DNA of 56,995 bases from an uncultured Methanosarcinales archaeon (GTDB lineage Archaea > Nanobdellota > Nanobdellia > Woesearchaeales > CG1-02-33-12), in the NCBI GenBank assembly GCA_964641515.1, contig CAZXME010000001.1, positions 1-56,995 of the forward strand. Reading direction: 5' to 3'. A model generated the notes under the pieces. That model saw only the letters and a program-made list of their open reading frames with translations. It made no database searches and had not been told where the DNA came from. Positions 33,982-42,489 of the stretch are shown here, piece after piece. The position numbers and the translations under genes are program-made. The first letter of the stretch is position 1. Each line of letters opens with the position of its first letter.

Positions 33982-34902
33982 ATGAAAAATTATGTTAATG
34001 TAATATTAATATGTGCACTATTGGTTTTTGCATTTGGATGCAATCAGGAAACTCCAATTTCTAAGGAAAGCCCATTTATTGGCGGAACAACAGGGCTTTT
34101 AATAAGCTATAACCAAGATGAACCTCCTGCAGAGGTTTATGATGGGGGAGATTTCCCTTTTGATGTTGTTGTTAAGCTAAAGAATGAGGGTGAATATTCA
34201 GTAAATAAGGATAAGGTTGAGATAAGACTAAGTGGAATTGATCCAAGGGAATTTGGATTATCTGATTCTGATTTTGTTAAGCATCCTGATGAAGATTTAC
34301 AAGGGACTTACCAAGATTCTGAAGGAAATAAGATAGAAGGAACACCAAATTATGTTATATTCTCTGAATTAAATCACAATGAAAAATTAATTGGAAATAC
34401 CCCCTATACAATAAGAGCAGATGTCTGTTATAATTATGCAACAAATGCTAGGTCAATGCTTTGCATAAAAAATAACCAGGTTGATAAAGAGGGAGATATT
34501 TGCAAGATTAATGAGAACAAAATTGTTTTTAACTCAGGCGGCCCAGTACAGGTTATAAGCTTTAATGAAATCCCAGGGGGCAAAAACAAGTTTAAATTCC
34601 AGTTTAAGATAGAACCAAAGGGAAATGGAGGAGTTTATAAGAAAGACTCAAACTGTGAACAGGCTAGGGTAAATGAAAATAAGGTTTTTGTTAGTATTGA
34701 TACTGGAATGGATGGCTTAAGCTGCACAGGACTTGATGGGACTACAAGTGGCTATGTTACATTATATGGCGGAGAACGCATGATAATCTGCACTCAAGAT
34801 ACAGAAACAAACACTGATTTTGAGAGACCTGTTAACATAAAGTTAGAGTATGATTATAAAGAAGGCATATCGACACAGGTTCTAGTAAAGCATTCAATTT
34901 AA
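33982..34902 (+). CDS. Lipoprotein-like secreted protein, paralog 3 of 3 (most divergent)
   Basis: 306 aa. GGAGG lies 9 nt upstream. The signal ends in AFGC. Blocks: FIGGTTGLLISYNQDEPPAEVYDGGDFPF...LKNEGEY, VCYNYAT...LCIK, SGGPVQVISFNE, FERPVNIKLEYDYKEGISTQVLVK. Confidence 0.75.
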   Translation: MKNYVNVILICALLVFAFGCNQETPISKESPFIGGTTGLLISYNQDEPPAEVYDGGDFPFDVVVKLKNEGEYSVNKDKVEIRLSGIDPREFGLSDSDFVKHPDEDLQGTYQDSEGNKIEGTPNYVIFSELNHNEKLIGNTPYTIRADVCYNYATNARSMLCIKNNQVDKEGDICKINENKIVFNSGGPVQVISFNEIPGGKNKFKFQFKIEPKGNGGVYKKDSNCEQARVNENKVFVSIDTGMDGLSCTGLDGTTSGYVTLYGGERMIICTQDTETNTDFERPVNIKLEYDYKEGISTQVLVKHSI

Positions 34903-35873
34903 TTTTCTTTTTTTATTCCTGCTAATGTAATCTGGCTTAACAATGCCTCAAGCTGTAAGAATTCATCAGAGCCCTCTACCATCCTGAACTCTATCTCACC
35001 GCATTTATCTATTAAGAACATCTTTTTTCTTGGTTCAATATTGATGTTTAATATCTCTTTTTGAATTTGTTTTATTATGTCTATTCCAGATAATCCATAC
35101 TCAAGCATAATATCCAATAATTTGTTCCTTGCATCCTTAAATTTATTTTTTAAGGCAAGATTTAATACTTCGCCTACTTCTTTTGGCCTTGCAACAGATG
35201 CTATTGAATAAATTAATTCTTCTGTTATATTGCTGGATAATGATGCACAACTTTGCAATAGGTTTTCCAGCCTCCTGCAATCACCATTGCTGACATCATA
35301 CAATGCTTCTTTTGTCTTATCATCTATGTTTAATGATTCTGCTCTTGCAATTTTTTCAATTGTTTCTATTATCTCTTTCTTGCTCAAAAACTTAAACCTG
35401 AATATTGCACATCTTGATTGTATAGGATCAATGATTTTGCTGCTGTAGTTACAGCTGAGAATAAAGCGGCATGTTCTTGTATAATTCTCCATTGTCCTTC
35501 TTAAGGCCTGCTGTGCCTCTTTTGTCAATGCATCTGATTCGTCAAGGTAAATTATCTTAAACGGAACATTGCCAATTGCTCTTGTCCTTGCAAAGTCCTT
35601 TACCTTGTTTCTTACAACATCAATCCCCCTTTCGTCAGAAGCATTTAATTCAAGAATATTCTCGTGCCAGCTGTCACCAAACAATTTTTTTGATATTACC
35701 AAAGCCAGGCTTGTCTTGCCTGTTCCTGCTGGCCCTGAAAATAATAGATGAGGCATATTTTTTTGCTTAACAAATGCCTTTGCCCTCTTAACAATTTCTT
35801 TCTGGCCTTTGATATCAGAAAATTCTTTAGGCCTATATTTTTCAGTCCAGATTGTACTTTCCATAAAGAGCAT
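34899..35873 (-). CDS. rfcS: Replication factor C small subunit
   Basis: Motifs present: WTEKYRP, Walker A SGPAGTGKTS, Walker B YLDESDALT, and the SRC motif IQSRCAIFRF. There is no intein. Confidence 0.92.
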   Translation of the reverse strand: MLFMESTIWTEKYRPKEFSDIKGQKEIVKRAKAFVKQKNMPHLLFSGPAGTGKTSLALVISKKLFGDSWHENILELNASDERGIDVVRNKVKDFARTRAIGNVPFKIIYLDESDALTKEAQQALRRTMENYTRTCRFILSCNYSSKIIDPIQSRCAIFRFKFLSKKEIIETIEKIARAESLNIDDKTKEALYDVSNGDCRRLENLLQSCASLSSNITEELIYSIASVARPKEVGEVLNLALKNKFKDARNKLLDIMLEYGLSGIDIIKQIQKEILNINIEPRKKMFLIDKCGEIEFRMVEGSDEFLQLEALLSQITLAGIKKEN

Positions 35874-35910
35874 TAAATAGGTATTATTTAAATATTTATC
35901 CCTAAAAGAA

Positions 35911-36174
35911 TTATATTATATCCTCTTCTGCTATGACAACAAAATCTCCAATCGCTATCACTGCACTAAAGGGTATTAGTATTTCGTTTTCTTTGTTCTT
36001 CTCAAGTTCCATCTTTTCTGTGTATGTTGTTGGATTGCCTAAAACAATATTTATAAGCTCCCCAGATCTTGTTTCAAATATAATATCACCAACTTCACCA
36101 AAGCGCTTACCTGTTTTGCTGACAACGGTTTTGCCTATTAATTGTTTTGAGAATTTTTTATCTTCTTCAGCCAT
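35911..36174 (-). CDS. PRC-barrel domain protein
   Basis: 87 aa. LIGKTVVSKTGKRFGEVGDIIFETRSGELINIVL fits the PRC-barrel pattern. Confidence 0.65.
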   Translation of the reverse strand: MAEEDKKFSKQLIGKTVVSKTGKRFGEVGDIIFETRSGELINIVLGNPTTYTEKMELEKNKENEILIPFSAVIAIGDFVVIAEEDII

Positions 36175-36345
36175 TACATCCCACCTTTATATGATTTTTA
36201 ATGATAACCTTTAATGATATCTAAAATGGTTAAGTTATATTTAAATCTTTTGGAAATGACGAGGGATTAATTATAATACCAAATCCAAAAGTATTTATAT
36301 AAACAAGCAATTATAATATTGAATATTTTTAAAAGAGGTGGTAAA

Positions 36346-36573
36346 ATGGCATTAGAAACAACTATTCTATGGGTTATATTGGGAACTTTAGCTGCAATTG
36401 TATATTCTCTCAGAATTCTTGTTCTGTTGGAAAGAAGGATTGCAAGAATGGATGAAAATATAGTGAGAATCACCAATAAAATCATAAATGAAGAAAGGAA
36501 GATAGAATCTATATTTAAAGTAAAAAAAGTTAATAGAAAAAGCTCTAAAAGCAAGAAAAGGAAAAGAAAGTAA
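36346..36573 (+). CDS. Small single-TM protein with a Lys/Arg-rich tail
   Basis: The track ORF starts at 36319. The ATG at 36346 is preceded by AGAGGTGGT 6 nt upstream. The TM segment is TILWVILGTLAAIVYSLRILVLL. Confidence 0.45.
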   Translation: MALETTILWVILGTLAAIVYSLRILVLLERRIARMDENIVRITNKIINEERKIESIFKVKKVNRKSSKSKKRKRK

Positions 36574-36585
36574 TTTCTTTAAAAA

Positions 36586-37503
36586 ATGAGTTTTAAGAAA
36601 ATAGTAGAGAGAATAAAGAACCTAAAGGTTCAGGGTGCAGAGAATGTTGCTATTGAAGCTGTCAAATCCCTAAAATATGTTGCTAGGGAATCTAAATCAA
36701 AGAATATTGCAGGAGTCCTAGCTGAGATTCACCATGCAAAAAATCTTCTTTTTTTGACTAGACCAACTGAACCATGTATGAGAAATGCTCTTAATTATGT
36801 TTTATATGACCTTAATTATGATAATCCTGCTGAATTAACAAAAGCTATTTGCCTAAAGGTTGATGAAGTCTTAGAGCGTTTTAACAAAAATCAGAGAATA
36901 ATAGCCCAGATAGGCTCTAGGAAAATAGGAAATGGAACTGTTGTCTTTACCCATTGCCATTCATCAACAATACTTGAGATTCTAAAACAGGCAAAAAAAC
37001 AAGGCAAAAAATTTGAAGTGCATAATACAGAAACAAGGCCATTATATCAAGGGAGGATAACTGCAAGAGAAATTGCAAAGTTGGGTATTCCAGTAACTCA
37101 TTTTGTTGACGCTGCAGCAAGGTTTGCTTTAAAAAAAGCAGACTTAATGCTAATTGGTGCTGATGCAATAACAACAGAAGGCAAAGTAATTAATAAAATC
37201 GGCTCTGAGCTTTACGCAGAGATAGCAAATAAGTATGACATTCCGGTTTATGCATGCACTGATTCCTGGAAGTTTGATGCAGAAACTGTCTTTGGTTATG
37301 AAGAAGAGATTGAAAAAAGAAAAGGAAATGAAATATGGAAAGACCCACCAAAAGGGGTTGCAATAAATAATTTTGCATTTGAAAAGGTTAGTCCAAATTT
37401 AATAATGGGTATTATTTCAGAACTGGGAATATATAAGCCGCATGTTTTTATACAAGAAGTCAAAGCTAATAACAAATGGATGTTCAAAAAGCATTTATTT
37501 TAA
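36586..37503 (+). CDS. eIF-2B alpha/beta/delta-family protein (ribose-1,5-bisphosphate isomerase-like)
   Basis: 305 aa. Blocks VFTHCHSSTILEILKQAKKQGKKFEVHNTETRPLYQG and LIGADAITTEGKVINKIGS are typical of the family. Confidence 0.8.
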   Translation: MSFKKIVERIKNLKVQGAENVAIEAVKSLKYVARESKSKNIAGVLAEIHHAKNLLFLTRPTEPCMRNALNYVLYDLNYDNPAELTKAICLKVDEVLERFNKNQRIIAQIGSRKIGNGTVVFTHCHSSTILEILKQAKKQGKKFEVHNTETRPLYQGRITAREIAKLGIPVTHFVDAAARFALKKADLMLIGADAITTEGKVINKIGSELYAEIANKYDIPVYACTDSWKFDAETVFGYEEEIEKRKGNEIWKDPPKGVAINNFAFEKVSPNLIMGIISELGIYKPHVFIQEVKANNKWMFKKHLF

Positions 37504-37995
37504 CTCATTCTTAATGTTTTTTATTTCTTCTTCAATTACTCTTATGTTTTCCAGGTTATCCTCCTGATTCATTATCTCTCCACATTCAGGGCATTTAAAT
37601 TCAAAGTTCATTGCCTGATCAAAATCAAGCCTTATGCACTTGTTCTGGCATATGAAAAAATGGCTGCTCCTTTCCCTTTTTAACCTGTCCTTTAGTTTTG
37701 CCAGTTTCTCCTTTTTCAGGCTAATAACAATATGTTTTATCATCTTTGGCTTAAATGTCCAGTAATAAATATACCACCCTTTTTTCTTGTCTTTTTTTCT
37801 GATAAAAGAAACAAGATTTGCTTCCTGCAGCCTGTATAGCATGTTTCTTGTTGCATTTATCTCTTTTTTTATTACTTCTGCTATCTTAAATTCAGAAATA
37901 TTTTTTTTGTTTTTTAGAAAATGAACTATTGGGAGCACATCCTCACCAGCTACATCAGCGATAGTGGCTTCTATAATTTTATTAGACAATCGCAT
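37495..37995 (-). CDS. tfe: Transcription factor E (TFE alpha)
   Basis: It has an N-terminal winged helix (ATRNMLYRLQEANLVSF...KGWYIYYW) and a zinc ribbon (CQNKC...CPECG). Confidence 0.8.
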   Translation of the reverse strand: MRLSNKIIEATIADVAGEDVLPIVHFLKNKKNISEFKIAEVIKKEINATRNMLYRLQEANLVSFIRKKDKKKGWYIYYWTFKPKMIKHIVISLKKEKLAKLKDRLKRERSSHFFICQNKCIRLDFDQAMNFEFKCPECGEIMNQEDNLENIRVIEEEIKNIKNELK

Positions 37996-38076
37996 ATTTC
38001 CTTTCAGAATGGGATTAACATAGCTTATATGGGAGAAAGGGGTTTATAAAACTTTCGTTTTTGTTTTAAAAAAAAC

Positions 38077-38466
38077 CTATTTCTCGACTAATTCATTAAA
38101 AAGCAAACCTTTATTCTTTGCAAGTTCTTTAGAGACCGCATAACCTTTTTCTGTCTTTTTAAGGTTGTCTATGCTCAGAAAAAACCAATCAGACTTAAAT
38201 TTAACCCCTATCCATGGCTCTGCACCAAAAACAGCTGAAAATTCATTTAGTTGGTTTATATCCTCCTTTGTTAAGTATTTGCTTTTGGCATTAACTGTCT
38301 TACACTCAATAGCAAGTTTCCTTATTCTATTGCCAGCCAGAACATCTGGGCATGGAAAACTGCTGCTTCCAGAGCCTGCTACCCTTATAGCAGACCATTC
38401 ATTTGTATTCCAGAACATATGAACTAATTCACGCTCAGCATTTATTCCCTTTGATTTTCTGCTCAT
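38077..38466 (-). CDS. hjc: Holliday junction resolvase Hjc
   Basis: 129 aa. KGINAERELVHMF...IRVAGSGSS...PDVLAGN...LAIECK is a PD-(D/E)xK nuclease pattern typical of Hjc. Confidence 0.85.
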   Translation of the reverse strand: MSRKSKGINAERELVHMFWNTNEWSAIRVAGSGSSSFPCPDVLAGNRIRKLAIECKTVNAKSKYLTKEDINQLNEFSAVFGAEPWIGVKFKSDWFFLSIDNLKKTEKGYAVSKELAKNKGLLFNELVEK

Positions 38467-38613
38467 ACTGGCCTTTAGTTAATGCTTACATAAATATCTT
38501 TTGAAAGAGGATTTATGCCTTTTTATGACTATAAAGGTTTAATCTGCCTTTTTTATTGTTTTGTTTATTAAATAAATCATATTTTTCTCTAATCTGGCTT
38601 AAAAAACAAAAAA

Positions 38614-38623
38614 TTTAAATATA
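38614..38623 (+). promoter_or_regulatory. TATA-box-like TTTAAATATA preceded by an A-rich BRE-like run, upstream of the histone gene
   Basis: Read directly from the sequence, ~52 nt upstream of ATG 38675. GGGGTGA lies 7 nt upstream of the ATG. Confidence 0.4.
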
Positions 38624-38674
38624 AAGCTCATTTTTACCTTATTAAAACAAAATAATGGTTTTGGGGTGAAAAAA

Positions 38675-38881
38675 ATGGGAAAAAGACTTATTCCATTGGC
38701 TGCAATGGAAAAAATAATGAAAAAATGCGGTGCTGAACGTGTTTCTGACAAGGCAAAAGCAGCATTAAAAAACGCTTTAGAGGAGATTGCAGAGGAAATA
38801 GCCACAGATGCTGTAAAGCTTGCAGTACATGCTGGAAGAAAAACAGTCAAGGCAAGTGATATTAAACTGGCCTCAAAATAA
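38675..38881 (+). CDS. Archaeal histone (HMf-type histone fold)
   Basis: The protein is 68 aa from the ATG at 38675; the track start at 38666 is GTG. The sequence is [61 protein letters not shown]. Confidence 0.9.
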   Translation: MGKRLIPLAAMEKIMKKCGAERVSDKAKAALKNALEEIAEEIATDAVKLAVHAGRKTVKASDIKLASK

Positions 38882-38896
38882 ATATTTTTTATTTTA

Positions 38897-39787
38897 CTAT
38901 ATTTTTATTTTCATGAAGTCATAGGCACAGATTGTATTTGAGAAAACATCTTTTGCATCATCTTCTATTTCTTCCATTGTCTTGTATCGCTGGCTGAAGT
39001 GTGTTAAAATTAGCTTTTTTGCTTTTGCTTGATTAGCCAATAAACCTGCCTGCTTTGATGTCATATGCATGTATTCAGCTGCCTTTTCCTCAAGTTTATG
39101 TGCATAAGTTGCCTCACAAACTAAAATATCAGAATCCATTGCAAGCTTTAATGCATTATTACAGGGCACTGTATCTGCTATAAAACTCAGTTTTTTACCC
39201 TTAACAGTATAAGTTGCCTGCTCTGGCGTTATTTTCTTTCCCTTAAAGGTTATGCTCTTGCCTGACTGCAACTTGCCCAGTAAGGGGCCATCCGGAATGC
39301 CAAGCTTTCTTACTGCATCAATTCTTATTCTTCTTTTATCTTTTTCAATAAAACTAAAACCAAGTGTTAAAATACTATGCTCAAGAGGAAGTGCTTCCAG
39401 AAAAAAATCCTTTCCTTCAAAAAATCTTTTCTTTGTAATTTCATGAATTTTTGTTTCTATTTTATCTTCAAAGGAAAATGCCTTGAACATATTTTTCATT
39501 CTTTCCTTTGTTCCTTCTGGTCCGTAAATCTCAAGAACCTTATCATATTCATTTTTTGCTAAAGTTTGTATTAAACCAGGAATACCAAGAACATGATCAC
39601 CATGCCAATGGCTTATCAATATTTTTGTTACTTTTGATGGCTTTACCCCTGCAATTTTCATCTGTCTTTGCGTGCCTTCACCACAATCAATTAAAATACC
39701 TTCAGAGCCATAGCTAATTAAAGCAGCTGAATGGTTTCTCTCTTTTGTCGGGACCATTGCACTTGTCCCTAAAAATGTTAATTGCAT
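38897..39787 (-). CDS. rnz: Ribonuclease Z (tRNA 3' endonuclease)
   Basis: It has the HxHxDH motif ISHWHGDH and the N-terminus MQLTFLGTSAMVPT. The track start at 39796 is TTG; the ATG at 39787 is preferred. Confidence 0.9.
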   Translation of the reverse strand: MQLTFLGTSAMVPTKERNHSAALISYGSEGILIDCGEGTQRQMKIAGVKPSKVTKILISHWHGDHVLGIPGLIQTLAKNEYDKVLEIYGPEGTKERMKNMFKAFSFEDKIETKIHEITKKRFFEGKDFFLEALPLEHSILTLGFSFIEKDKRRIRIDAVRKLGIPDGPLLGKLQSGKSITFKGKKITPEQATYTVKGKKLSFIADTVPCNNALKLAMDSDILVCEATYAHKLEEKAAEYMHMTSKQAGLLANQAKAKKLILTHFSQRYKTMEEIEDDAKDVFSNTICAYDFMKIKI

Positions 39788-39840
39788 CTTAAACAAAAGG
39801 GTTATCTTTATATATTTAATATTTTGTATTGTTTATTTAC

Positions 39841-39854
39841 TTTCAATATTGAAA
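39841..39854. promoter_or_regulatory. Perfect 14-bp palindrome TTTCAATATTGAAA in the divergent rnz/endA promoter region
   Basis: Read directly from the sequence. It lies roughly midway between the two start codons. Confidence 0.25.
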
Positions 39855-39904
39855 ATAATTATCAAAACTAAAGTTTTTTAAACAAAAACAAGTTCCCATA
39901 AATT

Positions 39905-40492
39905 ATGCCCAAGAAAATTAAAATAAAAAAAGTTGTTAAGAAAAAAGTGCAGATCAAGAAAAAGAAAAAAAAGGTTAAAGCAGTCTTAACAAGGGAAAGA
40001 GTACTAACAGAGAACACTGACGCTGCACATGAGTTATATAATCAAAGCAGGTTTGGAAGTATTTTAGAGGATGGCAAGGTCCAGTTGTCATTATTGGAAG
40101 CATTGTATTTGATGGACAAGGGTAAGATTTTAATAAAAGATTATAGGGAAAAAAAGGTTACTTTTGATGATTTTATAAAAAAAGCAAGAAGAGTTGAGCC
40201 TAATTTTTGGATAAGGTATTGTGTGTTTAAAGATATGAGAAATAGAGGTTATATAATAAAGACTGCACTTAAATTTGGCGCTGACTTCAGGGTTTATGAT
40301 CGGGGTGTAAAGCCAGGAGAAGACCATGCAAGATGGATTATTTATCCTGTTCATGAGGGCTCTGCTTTAACCTGGTATGAGTTTGCTGCTAAAAATAGGG
40401 TTGCCCATTCCACAAAAAAGCGTTTAATGATAGGCATAGTTGATAATGAAGGAGACGTAACCTATTATGAAATTAAGTGGATCAGGCCATAA
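39905..40492 (+). CDS. endA: tRNA-splicing endonuclease
   Basis: 195 aa. The C-terminal catalytic domain is RNRGYIIKTALKFGADFRVYDRG...HARWIIYPV...AHSTKKRLMIGIV. Confidence 0.85.
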   Translation: MPKKIKIKKVVKKKVQIKKKKKKVKAVLTRERVLTENTDAAHELYNQSRFGSILEDGKVQLSLLEALYLMDKGKILIKDYREKKVTFDDFIKKARRVEPNFWIRYCVFKDMRNRGYIIKTALKFGADFRVYDRGVKPGEDHARWIIYPVHEGSALTWYEFAAKNRVAHSTKKRLMIGIVDNEGDVTYYEIKWIRP

Positions 40493-40534
40493 TTAACAAC
40501 AAAATATATAAACTTATTCTGAGATGTTTTTTTT

Positions 40535-41455
40535 ATGGACAGCAAAGAGAGAGTCATACAAACAATAAGGATAAGGGGACCAGTTATACCTGCACAAATA
40601 GCAAAAGTAATTGGAACAGATATATTAATGGCTTCTGCAATGCTCTCAGAGCTTGTATCAAAAAATATTCTTAAAATTTCTCATGTCAAATTCGGAAGCA
40701 CTCCCCTTTATTACCTGCCAGGCCAGGAATCAAGATTACAGGATTTTGCAAAAAACCTTCATGAAAAGGAAAAAAGGGCTTATGATTTGTTAATGCAAAA
40801 AAAGATTCTAAGGGATAAAACATCAGAACCTGTTGTAAGAGTTGCTCTTAGAAATATAAAGGATTTTGCTGTTCCATTACAGGTAAAGATTAATGGTAAT
40901 GTAGAGGTATTCTGGAAATGGTATCTCATAAGCAATGAAGAAGCAGCAAAAATAATAAAAGAAACAATTAAATTTGATGAACCAAAAAAAGAGATTAAAC
41001 CTGTTCAGGAAGCAATTACCAGAAAAGAACAGGAAAAGCCAAAAGAAGAACAAAAGCAAATTAAGAAAGAAGAATTAAAAAGGGTAATACCAAGAGAAGA
41101 GATTAAGAATGAAGAAAAGAAAATATTTGTTGACAAAACAGCTGAAGATAAATTTTTAAGTGAAGTTAAAAGATTTTTTGAAAAAAGTAGTATTAACCTT
41201 ATAGAACAAAAAATAGTAAAAAAGAATTCAGATTTAGATCTTGTTATTGAAGTGCCAAGTGCTGTTGGTAGTTTAATATATTACTGCAAGGCAAGGAGTA
41301 AAAAAAGAATAAGTGATTCTGACTTGAGTTCTGCATTTGTTCAGGGTCAGCTAAAAAAACTTCCTGTTTTATTTTTAACAAAAGGTGAACTAACAAAAAA
41401 AGCAAATGATATGCTTTCAAAAGAATTCAAGAGCATAAAAATAAAAAAGATATAA
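40535..41455 (+). CDS. Hypothetical DNA-binding protein: two winged-helix-like domains, a Lys/Glu linker and a C-terminal Mrr-like PD-(D/E)xK domain (tentative)
   Basis: wHTH-like segment: RGPVIPAQIAKVIGTDILMASAMLSELVSKNILKIS. The C-terminal DLDLVIEVPSAVGSLIYYCKARSKKRISDSDL...VLFLTKGELTKKA fits a D...(D/E)-x-K nuclease-fold layout. Confidence 0.45.
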   Translation: MDSKERVIQTIRIRGPVIPAQIAKVIGTDILMASAMLSELVSKNILKISHVKFGSTPLYYLPGQESRLQDFAKNLHEKEKRAYDLLMQKKILRDKTSEPVVRVALRNIKDFAVPLQVKINGNVEVFWKWYLISNEEAAKIIKETIKFDEPKKEIKPVQEAITRKEQEKPKEEQKQIKKEELKRVIPREEIKNEEKKIFVDKTAEDKFLSEVKRFFEKSSINLIEQKIVKKNSDLDLVIEVPSAVGSLIYYCKARSKKRISDSDLSSAFVQGQLKKLPVLFLTKGELTKKANDMLSKEFKSIKIKKI

Positions 41456-41456
41456 A

Positions 41457-42488
41457 ATGGGAACACAGATAAAATGCTTGTTAAAAAGCAACGAAATATC
41501 TTTGAATGACCTAACAAACAAAACAATTGCTATTGATTCATATAACCTTCTTTACCAGTTTTTAACAACAATTCGCTCAAGGGATGGCTCTTTATTAATG
41601 GATTCAAAAGGTAATGTAACATCCCATCTTATTGGATTGTTCTCAAGAACAACAAGGCTCATGCAAAACAATATAAAATTGATTTTTGTTTTTGATGGTA
41701 AACCGCCAAAACTAAAAGAGATAGAAAGGCAGAGAAGAAAAGATATTAAGATACATGCAAAAAAAAAGTATGAAAAAGCTGTTGAAGAAGAAAATATAGA
41801 AGAAATGAAAAAATATGCCTCAAGGACAACAAGGCTTACAGAAGGTATAATTGATGAGTCAAAAAAACTTATTTCTGCTTTAGGGTTACCTATTGTGCAG
41901 GCACCTTCAGAAGGGGAGGCACAGGCAGCATACTTAGCTAAAAAAAGGGAGGCAGATTACTGTGTTTCACAGGATTTTGATTCATTGCTGTTTGGCTCGC
42001 CAATGCTTGTAAGAAACTTATCTTTGATTGGAAAAAGAAAAAAATCTGGGTTATCATACACAAATATAAAGCCAGAATTAATTAATTTATCAGAAAACCT
42101 TAATAATCTTGGCATTGACCAAAATCAGTTGATTGCCTTAGCAATGCTTGTTGGAACAGATTATAATATAGGGGGCATTAAAGGGATAGGTCCAAAAAAT
42201 GCCATAAAGCTTGTTAAAAAATATGGCTCTGACTTTGATGGCTTATTTAAAGACGTTAAATGGAATGAATTTTTTGATTATCCGTGGAAAAATGTTTATG
42301 ATTTGTTTAAGAATATACCTATTGAAAAAGAATACTTAATTGAATGGAAAGAACCCAATAAGGAAGAAGTTATTAATTTATTAGTTAATGAGCATGATTT
42401 TGCAATGGAAAGAGTTAAAACAGTTTTAGACAAGCTATTAAAGAACAAAGAAAACAAACAACAGAAAGGTTTAGGAGAATTTTTTTAA
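41457..42488 (+). CDS. fen: Flap endonuclease 1
   Basis: Motifs present: IAIDSYNLLYQFLTTIRSRDGSLLMDSKGNVTSHLIGLFSRT, FVFDGKPP, SEGEAQAAYL, DFDSLLFG, GTDYN. The C-terminal QQKGLGEFF is a PIP box. Confidence 0.93.
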   Translation: MGTQIKCLLKSNEISLNDLTNKTIAIDSYNLLYQFLTTIRSRDGSLLMDSKGNVTSHLIGLFSRTTRLMQNNIKLIFVFDGKPPKLKEIERQRRKDIKIHAKKKYEKAVEEENIEEMKKYASRTTRLTEGIIDESKKLISALGLPIVQAPSEGEAQAAYLAKKREADYCVSQDFDSLLFGSPMLVRNLSLIGKRKKSGLSYTNIKPELINLSENLNNLGIDQNQLIALAMLVGTDYNIGGIKGIGPKNAIKLVKKYGSDFDGLFKDVKWNEFFDYPWKNVYDLFKNIPIEKEYLIEWKEPNKEEVINLLVNEHDFAMERVKTVLDKLLKNKENKQQKGLGEFF

Positions 42489-42489
42489 G

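Noticed and set aside
28426-34902. An integrated virus or prophage.
   Set aside because: There is no integrase, terminase, capsid-like or portal-like gene, no flanking att repeats and no tRNA target. All products look like envelope proteins.
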